The translations under genes and the position numbers were made by a program. Shown here one piece after another: positions 51,072 through 61,789 of a DNA stretch of 64,000 nucleotides. The notes beneath the pieces are model-generated. The model was given only the letters and a program-made list of their open reading frames with translations, was not told where the DNA came from and did no database searches. This DNA is from Octopus sinensis. Its lineage: Eukaryota. How positions within the stretch are numbered: position 1 is the stretch's first letter; every line of letters begins with the position of its first letter. The stretch is from contig NC_043009.1 of NCBI RefSeq assembly GCF_006345805.1, positions 44,206,001 to 44,270,000 of the forward strand. Reading direction: 5' to 3'.

Positions 51072-51340
51072 GCCAGCCTCGCCTGACCCCCGTGCCGGTG
51101 GAACATAAAAAGCACCATCTGATTGTGGCCATTTGCCAGACTCGTCTGGCACCTGTGCTGGTGGCACGTAAAAAGCACCCACTACACTCATGGAGTGGTT
51201 GGCGTTAGGAAGGGCATCCAGCCATAGAAGCATTGCCAGATCAGACTGGGCCTGGTGCAGCCTACTGGCTTCCCAGACCCCAGTTGAACCGTCCAACCCA
51301 TGCTAGCATGGAAAGCAGACGCTAAACGATGATGATGATG
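51072..51340 (+). mobile_element. Short RTE 3'-UTR copy, sense
   Basis: Two ggtgg(c/a)ac(g/a)taaaaagcacc modules, conserved core and (GAT)n tail. Confidence 0.85.
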
Positions 51341-52024
51341 TACATATGTATGTGTATGTGAGCATGTGTATAATCACAGTTGTGGTGATAAAATCACAGT
51401 TGTGGCAGATACTGGTGGCACACAAACACACCCATCACTTTCTCAGACTGGTTGGCATTAGGAAGGGCATCCAGCTATAGAAACCATGTCAAATCAGACT
51501 GGAGTCTAGAACAGTCTTCTAGCTTGCCAGCTCTGGTCACTCTGCCCAACCCATGCCAGCATGGACAACTGATGTTAAATGATGATGATGTTACTGCTTA
51601 ATCCTTTTGATACCAAGACTGCCTTTGATTTTATGATATGAACTTCCAGTTTTAACTTTCTAACATTTAAATTGGCCATATCTGGCTCAAATGTACTACC
51701 TGTTTGAGTTTCAAACCAGCCAGTTCCAGCTTATCACACCTACCCTTCAATGTCATTCTAAAATTTACTATCACATCATCAAAGTTTACTATTTGATTGT
51801 GTTTTATCCATGGGTAGGCACATATATCTTGTTTCCATTATTCATGTCTGTGGTTGATAAGCAGGTGCCAGTGTTACTTAACAGTTGATTGATAGGCATT
51901 ATGAACAACCAACTGTAAAAAGTTTCGCCCTCAAATTATATGTAATACTGTGAAATAAATAATAAACAACAATTAATAATGACAGCAAATCTGTATAATT
52001 AATATACTTTGGAATAAATTTCAG

Positions 52025-52091
52025 CCAAAGAATCAAACAAAAAGTACTTCACATTCATCCAAACATGACATTTCCAGAAAATCAATGGAAA
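52025..52091 (+). CDS. THOC2: THOC2 low-complexity exon: PKNQTKSTSHSSKHDISRKSME
   Basis: ttcag acceptor, A|GTAAGT donor. A phase 0 to 1 exon is required to bridge 50872 to 52950. Missed by the ORF track; no homology support. Confidence 0.75.
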
Positions 52092-52384
52092 GTAAGTATA
52101 ATTTCAAATGTTATAACTCACCTGTTTGATTACCATATCTATCAGTCAATCACTTGTTTGATGTTTGATGTTCATTCATCTGCTATTGTAGAATCTTTTA
52201 CATCCTAGGTGCCATCATTGGAATCATTCAACTGTAGCAATTTTAATTTTAACTTCATCTTTTACATCAGCACTTGGGTTCAAGAAAGTAGCCTTGTTAT
52301 GACAATATAAAATAAATGAAAACGTTAAGGTGTTTTGCTTAGGGATACTGAATTACTATAGTCGTTGGGTTGTGCTTGAAATAC

Positions 52385-52618
52385 CTATTTCTTTAGTGCC
52401 CACAAGGGGCTAAACATAGAGGGGACAAACAAGGACAGACAAATGGATTAAGTCGATTACATCAATCCCAGTGCGTAACTGGTACTTAATTTATCGACCC
52501 CGAAAGGATGAAAGGCAAAGTCAACCTCGGCGGAATTTGAACTCAGAACGTAACGGCAGGCGAAATACGGCTACGCATTTCACCTGGCATGCTAACATTT
52601 CTGCCAGCTTGCTGCTTT
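52385..52618 (-). mobile_element. Antisense copy of the third SINE family
   Basis: Reverse complement matches the 47492-47696 copy (ggaatttgaactcagaacgtaac, ttctgccagcttgctgc). Confidence 0.82.
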
Positions 52619-52949
52619 TTGTGCTTGAAATATCATCTCGGCCTTCCCACTCTTCACTCAGTAGAACAATCAGGATCTAACAGCTAGTGGGAGGGAAGGC
52701 TGGTCCTCATTTGCAGTTGAGCAGACTGGTGCAACATAGAATGTAGTGCCTTGCGCAACATGCTGCCCAGCTCAGAAATTGAACCCATGACATTATGATT
52801 GTGAGCCCAACACCTGAACTTACTAAGTCACATGTAAATATTTATAGCATGCATACATTGACTCTTTGTCTCTCTCACATGCACACACACACTCTCTCTC
52901 TCTATGTTACACACACAAAATGCATATTATTTTTGGTTTACATTTGTAG

Positions 52950-53103
52950 ATAAGACCCGTGATGGAAAAGAAATCAAAGAGATTAAGAAGGAGAAAAACG
53001 ACAAGAAAGTTGATAAGATTGAGCCTGTTGTGGAAGGAAGATCTAAACCAAATCTCGCTGCTGACCTCAAGAAAAATGATTTTGATAAAAAACCTAGTGT
53101 CAG
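52950..53103 (+). CDS. THOC2: THOC2 charged C-terminal exon: KTRDGKEIKEIKKEKNDKKVDKIEPVVEGRSKPNLAADLKKNDFDKKPSV
   Basis: tgtag acceptor, AG|GTAAAT donor, K/E-rich like the THOC2 tail; phases fit both neighbours. Confidence 0.82.
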
Positions 53104-54716
53104 GTAAATATTTGCTTGTTTTAATGATATTGATAGTTAGGTTCCAGTAAGTAGATTTCTCCAATAAAAATCACTTCCTAATGATTTAGATAAAAAAAAA
53201 AAAACCTAACTCAATGTCAGAGCTCCATCTTGGATTTGAAATAGTCTGTGTGCTTAAATTTTTATTCATTTATATATTTTTGAGAATGTAGATCTATGCA
53301 AAGTAGTTGTTTAGTCACAGGTCAGTCCTGTTGTCTAGTGTGTTCTGGTAGGGTGTGATTTGTGAGAGATTTGGCTGCTGTTTCTAGCAAGTAGAGCTAT
53401 CATGTTGAACAGTTATGGTCAAACTGTGGCATGTAGGACTTACTGAATGGCACATCAAGGAAAAATTACCTTGAATTTCTTTTAGTCATGCAACCTGGCT
53501 GGTGATGAGTTAAGTCTCATGCAGCCTACTTCTCAGAAAAGATGGCCCATGTCTGATATAGAAGCTCCTTCCCTGATTTGTTTGTCCAAAGTTGTTCTTC
53601 AGGGCATCATGACCCAGAACATTTCATGTAGAGATGTAAATTTAAATACATAAAAGATAATTATGGTGTTATAATAGTTTATTACCTTTTTAAATCAATG
53701 TAGCAACAAAGGTGAAAGCTTGTAATTGGTTGAATTGAACTTAGTTCAATTACTGATATTTAATATTATCAGCCATAGCTGGACTTGAACACTGAACCAA
53801 GAAGAATGAAACAAAATATATAATGAATGAATTTATTAGACTGTAGAAAACCCATCACACTCACAGACACACATTTGTGTGTGTATGTGTACATGTATAT
53901 TTACATTCCATGTCTTTGTATGAAAAGTGTTGAGCTAAAACCATTATCTGATTATCCCCCTGCCAACAAACTATTTCTCAATTCTGGATTTCTGAAGACA
54001 TATGGCATAAAAAAAAAAATCCCTTATTTAAAAAATGAATTGTGATTGGCTGTGAAATGTCAGTAATATATATTCATCTAACCCATGCTAGCATGAAAAA
54101 GATGGACATAAAACAAACCAGTGTCTGAGGGTAACTCACTGCCATGTTAATTTTGTATAATTAAATGTTTTATGTACTTGTTCTTCAACACTTGGGAATC
54201 AATAAAATTATGTCTGATGATGTTTTCTTCAGTAGCTGACACTAGTGGATCAGTATTTAGATTTTGGGTTGTTTTTTTTTGTGTTTAGAGTCACTCCTAA
54301 AGACCCTACATGTAAGGGCTTGTTCTTAGATTTAATCAACTTGGTAGAACCTATCTCCTCCTTCATCCAAATTGTATCCTTAGAGTTTAATTCATCAAGT
54401 CAAACTAGTAAAATACATTAATTTTTTGTGGGCTCCTACTGGTTGCAAAAGAAAGCTGTCTTAAGTGTGTTCTTAAGCTGAGTGAGAGCTGTTGTCTTAT
54501 GAATGACCCAGTGTTGTGATTGGTCTTTCAGTACCTTGTTAATCATTGTGATTTCTTAAGTGTATGAATGAAGTAGAGAAAAAATACTTTGAGACAGGAA
54601 AGGTTTTCTAAAAGAAGCTTTGCTCCTTTCATTTACCATGTCTCATCCATGGTATGGTTAATGTTTTATAGAATTCCAAGGGGGGAAAAAAATGAAAATT
54701 TTATTTCTTCTTTTAG

Positions 54717-55126
54717 TGCCTTGAAAGAAGAGAGAAATCCTTTAAAAGAGAGAGGGACTAGCAAAGAAAGGTCACCTGAGAAAAATAGTGACAAAGAGAA
54801 CCGGCATAAAGAGGAGAAGAGACACAGCAAAAGTCACGAAGAAAAGATTGTCACGAAAGAACGGTTGAGCGGATCAAAAGAGAAGACGACCAGCAAGGAG
54901 AAGTCTGAAGAGAAAAAACTGCGTAAACAGGAGAAGGATGACGAGAAATACGAAGAGAAAAAGATCAAAGAGAGTTACTACAAGGAGAAGGACATTGGAA
55001 GTAGTGGCAGCAGTAGCAGTAGCAGATACAATGAGAAACCTTCAACTATGGTAGCGTCTGGAGGAGGAAGTTGTAACCAGCATCGACGAAGTGCAGAAAC
55101 TTCTCCAAAACATGCTGATGACCGGG
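54717..55126 (+). CDS. THOC2: THOC2 charged C-terminal exon: ALKEERNPLKERGTSKERSPEK...SPKHADDR
   Basis: tttag acceptor, G|GTTAGT donor, 410 nt open and K/E/R/S-rich; phase 2 to 1. Confidence 0.87.
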
Positions 55127-55153
55127 GTTAGTATTGTCATTCTTTTTTGTTTT

Positions 55154-55505
55154 ATAGTTTAACTATAGGAGATGTACTTGCATAGCAAGTGATTTGATCC
55201 GAGATCGTGTGCTGAAACGAAAACAATTGCAGCGTGGAAGGTGTTTGTAAGCCATTTAAGAAACGCACAAAAGCCGTTCGATTCACTTCAACATTTAAGT
55301 TTAACTTGTCAAAATATTTTCGTCGCTTTAAGACCGTGACCTGTTCACTGACAAAAATCTGTGCAGCATGGTGAACAGGTCATGGTCTTAAAGCGACGAA
55401 AATATTTTGACAAATTAAACTTAAATGTTGAAGTGAATCGAACGGCTTTTGTGTGTTTCTTAAATGGCTTACAAACACCTTCCACGCTGCAATAGTTTAA
55501 CTATA
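55154..55505. mobile_element. TSD-flanked fold-back retroelement remnant (Penelope-like terminal repeat, inferred)
   Basis: 14-bp direct repeats ATAGTTTAACTATA (55154-55167, 55492-55505); 123-nt inverted arms 55226-55348 and 55371-55493 with 3 mismatches seen; hammerhead-like core. Confidence 0.7.
55306..55354 (-). ncRNA. Candidate minimal type I hammerhead ribozyme with G3:C8 core variant
   Basis: Minus strand UUGUCA-GUGAACA-g-GUCAC(ggucuuaaa)GCGAC-GAAA-auau-UU-UGACAA: perfect 6-bp stem I, 5-position stem II with one A-C mismatch, palindromic AAUAUU stem III. Confidence 0.65.
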
Positions 55506-56900
55506 AATCTGCTTTTATTTCATTGCCTGGGTTTAACCTTTTAGTGTATAAAGCAGCCATATCCAGCCCAAATCTTTTACATGTTTTACATTCAAACTGG
55601 CCATACACTGGCCTTTTACACCTAACCTCCACTGACATTCTGAAAATACACTGTCACATCATCGAAACCTCAGAACTATAACAAAATGCATGATAGATTC
55701 CAAAACAATTTGAAGAAAAAAATATTATACTTAACAGAGTAATATGAACACTAAAAGGTTAAACCTATCAAAATTTCATGTTATTTATGCTTCAAACACC
55801 AATTTAATAATCTCAAAGTCTTGCTAAGTTCTTAGTTATTTCCAAAAGTGACTGAAAAAAAGGTTAGTGTATTTTAACAGAAATATGCTAACAAAGTGAT
55901 TGATGTGATCTAAATTTCACCCTTTAGCATTTAAACTGATAAAATCTGGCCCAAATATTCTACATGTTTTACATTCAAATTAGCCATATCTAGCCTATTA
56001 CAGCTAACGTACGCTGACATTCTGAAAATAATCAGATCATTGAAATCTCAGAGCTATAAGATAATGCATGATGAATTCAAAACAATGTGTAAAAAAAGGT
56101 ATTACATTTGACAGAGTAATCTGAATGCTTAAGGGTTAAATCCTAGCTTTGTTGTATTGTTTCAAAATAAAAAGAAATGTAGCGTTTCTAGTAGGAATTA
56201 AAACAAATCTACACAAGGACTAAACTATACTGCAACCATGGCATGGATTTTGTGGACAGTAACTATGGAAACCTATTGCGGTTTTATATATATATATATG
56301 ATGATAATAATATTATGGAGTATAACTCCAAACTTACAGGGAAAAATTAAATTCAGTATTCAATCAAATTTCACAATATAAATATATAATATATATAAAT
56401 TAGAGAAAAACCACTATTATGTAATTCAAACAATGATAGACATAAACCAAATCAGATAGAAAAAATAAAATATATTATAAAACATATATCTAGATCACAA
56501 AAAAAGTACAAAAAAATGAATAAACATTACATAAGTAAAAAGACTATATATATATATATATGGTGTCTTGCTATAATCAAGGAAACCTGTCCTTCGCATC
56601 AGAAGTGTTAAGACTACATCCCCTGGTAAAGAGGATTGGCCTGGAAGAGTTGTATGCCAGTGCCATGTAAAAAGCACTCATGCTAGTGCATTATCAAGTA
56701 GATTCTGATTGGGAAAATGTGCCATTTGTCTTAATTTTTTCATCTACTACATAAATGTTTTTTTCATGAACCATAGAGAACCATTATCATATCTGATTAA
56801 TCAATTAAAAGCAAATATAGTTGAGTAGTAAACCAAATTACTCTTAAAAATATTTTTGTATTGTTCTAGGGAGTTAATCAGTTTGGATTTGTTATGTGTG

Positions 56901-57483
56901 TACAAGGTGACCCAAAAGTTCTGTTACAAAGATTAAACAACGTATTTCAGCCAAATTTAAACCAATTTACTTGAAAACTTTCACACTAGTTTTTAACATT
57001 TTCAGTGATGTTACAGCAAAAAATTATTCAATAAATCCACCTTGTTTTTTTTTTTATTACAGCCCTAGGTTTACAAGCACTGCTTCAACAATGACTTGTA
57101 AGACTTCTAGTGGTATTTTATTCCATTCACACTACAGAGACCTCTTTAAAGCTGCTACTGAGCAATGAGATTTAGCCCAAGCATTAGTCTACAAGATGGA
57201 GCAAATGCTAAAGTCCATTGGGTTGAGGTCTGGGCTTGAGGGAGGTCATTTTCCTTTGGACAAAAAATCTGGGACATTGTTGCTAAGCCACCTCTGTGCC
57301 CTGTGGGCAGGCTCCATCCTGCTGGAAGAGAAGGGGGTCACCATTGAACAAATAATAATGAGTCTTTCATAGCTTGCAGCTTTGATTTTGACTCTTTGAG
57401 GAACAAAAATAATGATAAAATTGCCACTTTTTATGTTGAACTAAACTTCAAAAAATGTAACAGAACTTTTGGGTTGCCCTGTA
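56901..57483 (-). mobile_element. Internally deleted Tc1/mariner (maT-like) DNA transposon
   Basis: TA-flanked TIRs tacaaggtgacccaaaagttctgttaca / tgtaacagaacttttgggttgccctgta. Minus strand FQQDGA...WLSNNVPDFLSKGK*PPSSPDLNPMDFSI. Confidence 0.88.
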
Positions 57484-57576
57484 CATGTATGTATATGTGT
57501 ATGCATGTATGTGTATTGATGTATATTTGTTTTTTGTTTTTTTAATTACTTTGTATTTTGTCTTTTGTCTTTTTAG

Positions 57577-57623
57577 AAGCGAAACGAAGAAAGCTGGAGT
57601 CAGCCTCATCCACTTCAACAAAG
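57577..57623 (+). CDS. THOC2: THOC2 exon: (E)AKRRKLESASSTSTK
   Basis: Long pyrimidine tract plus tag, AAG|GTTAGT donor. Matches human [20 protein letters not shown] (NLS-like KRRK). Confidence 0.88.
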
Positions 57624-58177
57624 GTTAGTATGGATGTCTCAGCTTGAGTCAACTTCAGACAAACTAGGGTTGTAGGTGATTCTACCAAAGGAAGCAGCAC
57701 TACTTGCTGCACGCTCACCTGTCTCACATCCAAATCAGTTGAGCAACCGACCTGTGTTACCTGACCAGCCTCTGGGGACAGAGGCAATGTATGGCCCAAG
57801 ACACAGAAGCAGACCAAGGAGTGATTGATTACCTTTCAGCTGTTGCAGTCGTGTGATTTTGAGATCGACAGGTGTCCAGAAATATTATCACGCCTAATTC
57901 ATGCGTGGTTCAAATTTTCACTTGTACCCTTAATGGTGAAAATGTTTAAAAAGGCAAAAAAAAAATAAATAAAAATGCTTTTTAATATTTATAACGAGCA
58001 GTTGCTGGGTATGTGTAGCTACTCCTACTACTACTATTGTTATTACTACTACTAATAGGGAATGTTCATTTTTGTCTCGATAACAGCGTGTGGAAGAAAC
58101 CACTGAAGCATGTCCGCTACTGAAAAGTGTGTGCGCGCTTTAGATGAGACTCCATGATGCTTGCTGTTTCATTGCAG

Positions 58178-58249
58178 TCTCCAGATTTTCTTGGTCTACA
58201 TCAAGAGGATCTATATATTGGTGTTTATGAGAGAATATATATCACATAG
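58178..58249 (+). CDS. Candidate terminal or alternative THOC2 exon: SPDFLGLHQEDLYIGVYERIYIT*
   Basis: Good acceptor gcttgctgtttcattgcag, in phase 0 with the previous exon, stop TAG at 58247-58249. No homology support. Confidence 0.3.
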   Translation, partial: SPDFLGLHQEDLYIGVYERIYIT

Positions 58250-58975
58250 CTAGAATTTACACAATGAATTCAGTGCCAACCGACATCATTGGTGTGAAGT
58301 CTTGGAAGTTTTATTAAAAATCCATATGCCTCCTACGATCATCTTGGTGGGCTGCAGTTTGATTCCACACCATTAAATTATTTTGGAGTACTTAACTAAT
58401 AAAACCCCACCAAACAAAATTTTCTCTCTAGAAATCTTATTGAAATATTTTGAGGTTATTTATCAAGAAATGTTAATGTCGAAATAGTCGTCAGTGTGAA
58501 GCAGGAATTTCCGACTTTCTTGAAGATGATGGAAAGTATTATTTTGGCAAGAGCTTAGAAGTTCCATTAACCTGTTCATTTGAAGAATTGTTCTCCACAT
58601 CTACACCGAAATCTCAATGATGAAGAGGAATTCTAAATCTGTGACAGATCAGATCGCCATGTAATCAACAGGAAGTATTTGAGAACAGCAGTGATGCTTG
58701 TATTTGCCTGTGGAATTGTGGATGAACCGACACAGATAAGGATGAAATCATTGATCTAAAAATTGAAGTGGAAATGTATGTGTGTATATATGTATATATA
58801 TATATTTATATATTTGCATATATATATATATACACACACATACACGCATTTATATATAGATATTTGAAGAAAGAATGAAGAAAATAAATGGCTGGGCAAA
58901 CAAGAATTTAGTTTATTAAAGTTTGATGTCAATCTTTTTTTTTTCCCTCATTTTTTTTTTCCACATTAATTTTAG

Positions 58976-59047
58976 TGGGGAAAGTCTCAGGCCAGTTTAA
59001 CAACAGGAAGCAAGTCAAAAGAAAGAAGCATCATTAAAATAAAGTAA
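58976..59047 (+). CDS. Candidate downstream THOC2 exon: WGKSQASLTTGSKSKERSIIKIK* (phase 0) or GKVSGQFNNRKQVKRKKHH* (phase 1)
   Basis: Very strong poly-U tract plus tttag acceptor. SKSKER and KKHH both occur in the human THOC2 tail. Possible internal donor GTAATA at 59044. Confidence 0.35.
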   Translation, partial: WGKSQASLTTGSKSKERSIIKIK

Positions 59048-59629
59048 TATCAATCTCGTTAATGTATTGTATTTGATACATCGCTGCTTATTTTTCTCCC
59101 TGTTGTTCTCCCTCTCTCACCGATGATCTCATTAACATCGAGGGTTTTCGAAATTCATGGCTGTTCTCCCATTTGGCATTTACAGCAAATAAATACATCA
59201 CAAGTACGAAGAATTTACTGATGGGAAGTTGCAACAGCTCGCAATGAATTTATTTGAAATTAGGGAAATATATCTAGAAGTGTACGAGACGTAACTGGAG
59301 GAAATAAGATAAGCAGGTGAATGGAATGAGCTTAATATCAAAACCTATTTACAGCAATCCGTTAACAACATACAGAGCAGAGATAGCATGCTGTTACAGT
59401 GGAGATGAAAGGAAAGTCTATGTTGATAGAGAAATTAGAGCTCTCCGCATACATCATTCAGAAATATCTTGATAAAGAAGGAAGCGATTTCTAAAAAGGG
59501 AAGAAAAAAATCCAGCGTGGTTCGCAAAAATGCCGTTTTAAGTAAATAAAAATCTTTATCTCTGGAAAATAAAGGGGTATGAAAACCACCACATATGCCA
59601 TAGGGCCATTTTCTTTTACCATTTTTTTA

Positions 59630-59652
59630 ATATATATATATATATATATATA
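59630..59652. repeat. (TA)n microsatellite
   Basis: Direct reading. Confidence 0.9.
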
Positions 59653-61789
59653 AATATATCGCTATAAGTTTTATTTCTAAGTTTTATTTAAAATTCCCCT
59701 GAAAAATGCCATTTGGCTATCGGCAGTCTAGTCAAGTGAACTTTCCAATTATGTGGCTCATCTTCATCTGCCAGTGGAAGATTTCATTACTAATCAGCTC
59801 TTGGATTATTCACATCTAAGTTTCTTTCCACACTGGATTACTATTGCGAAAAAGGATCATGTGAGCCAGGGATATAACCAGCACAGACTGATAACTAGTT
59901 GCAAAAGCTAGTTTTAAAGCAGAGCTTATTGAGCTTATTGACATTTCCCCATTTAAAAATTAGTCATATTTTAAAAAGTAATGGCAAGCAAGGTTATATG
60001 AAGTGGTACCAAGGATTTACCATTTTCACATCAACAATAAACACCCCAAGTTCTGGTTGCTGAATGTGTTTGGGTGATGAAGGTCGTGGACTAAAATGTT
60101 TTCTACAAGGTAGGTGTCTATATTGGTTTATAACGTCTTTCCATCTGTTTCCATGATTAGTGTCTGCCAACCTGATGTTTCATCATTTAAAAAATTTTTT
60201 TTTCACTTCCCCCCTACAGTTTCATCCCTCTTTCATTAGAGGAGGGGCTGTTTGTTTATTTGTTGACACAAAACAAAGCAACTAATCATCTTGAAAATCA
60301 ACAACTATGTTTCTATGTTTTACTTTTGACGATGCATGAAAATTCGATTCCATTTCATGAAAACACGGCTTTTCTTGATTGATTTTAAACTATTCTTTAT
60401 TCTTGCAACACTTCTGTTTGTTTCAACTAATTCTTATATTATATATCTTTTGTATCTTGTTTTTGTGATTTTTTTTTTTAATGTTTTAATCTTCATTTCT
60501 ATAATTTTGCTATTTTGAACACTGAGCAGGTTTATCTGCATTTTTTTGTCTTTTTTTTCCCCTTCTAACATTGTTCTCATCATGAGGAATTACATGATAA
60601 ATGCAAGTTTATCATTTGTTCCATATGATATACATTTCACCATTGTGGTTACTTGCAACTTCTGCATTATCTTGCATAGATTAAATGCTTCACATGGAGC
60701 TCTAAACTCACTGGTAGCAATCCTTCATCCAACTGTACACTCAGTTAATACATATATATACGATTTTTTATATAGCTGTAAAATGTTGCTGTGTTTTTTT
60801 GTTTTTTTTTTTCATTAAGCATTTTCAGCTTAATGTTGTTACCTTAATTATTTCACTGAAATAGAAGTATGTATCTCACTGATTGAGCTAATGATTGTCC
60901 CTATGTGCTTTTAAAGGGGTGGAAATGTTGTTTGTTATTTGGTCCTTACTTAATGAGTACATGGTTAACTGAGTCAACAAACGTATTGGACACGGAGCAA
61001 TCATTCAGGTCAGGCAGCTTGCTTGAACCAATGTAACCCCTCCGTTATAAATGTCCCGATTGAGCAATGAGGCATGAATGACTAGTCAGGGTTTTAGTCA
61101 CATTCGTTTTTTGCTAGCGGAAATATTTCATCTGTGCACACAATAACTACAGATGATAGCAGCTGTTTGCTAACTAAACTGGTTGAGCTTGGCCATTGAC
61201 AGTTTGCTGTCTGTTCATCTGCTCAACATTTAGTGACAGTCCTCATTGGCTCAATAAGTCCATCTGTCGAAATAGGTCACATCCACCATGTTGCTACCTA
61301 TGATTTCAATGTACCCTGACTCGGGTGGTTACATGCTATTTAACTACAGCTGGGACCCTAACAGGTGCTACCACTCTGAGTCAGGTAGTTCCACACTCTT
61401 CAAAAACCATGAAACTCTCAGAGTCCCACAACCAGATGCTGTTTAAAGTCATATTTAGAATGTCAGCTAAAACATGTCTTAAATTACTCAATATACATTA
61501 TTGACATCATCATCAGCAACTTTTGCATCTTTTTTTCCATGCTGGCATGGGTTAGACTGGTCATTATGGCCCTGCTCTTAACTGGAATAACTGCCTTCTT
61601 AGATTGGTCAAGAACTACATCTTATACATTTCATTTGTGGCATGGATTCCATGTCTAGATACCATTTTGCATCACCAGCCACTTTGTAGAGTGTATCGGG
61701 TAATATTTTATTGTGGCACAGGCACCAGAGAGAGTGTCTTGTCCCTGGCAAGACCCAAGAGTTTTCTCTGGCTTATGTTGTCCCTTGCA

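Larger units (their letters stand above)
5386..57623 (+). other. THOC2: THOC2 gene body (33 traced coding exons; first exon and terminal exon(s) not resolved)
   Basis: Spliced translation matches THOC2 motifs known from human ([74 protein letters not shown]). All intron phases join without a frameshift; exon sum 4159 nt. Confidence 0.97.

Noticed and set aside
54589-54716. N-terminal part of the 180-aa ORF 54589-55131
   Set aside because: Intronic read-through; the real exon begins at the acceptor at 54717.
57542-57817. 91-aa minus-strand ORF
   Set aside because: Shadow of a THOC2 exon and adjacent sequence; starts at a non-ATG codon with no independent support.
61028-61051. CCAAT plus TATAAA promoter
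   Set aside because: Spacing of about 14 nt is too short, no downstream gene is evident, and such words are frequent in AT-rich DNA.
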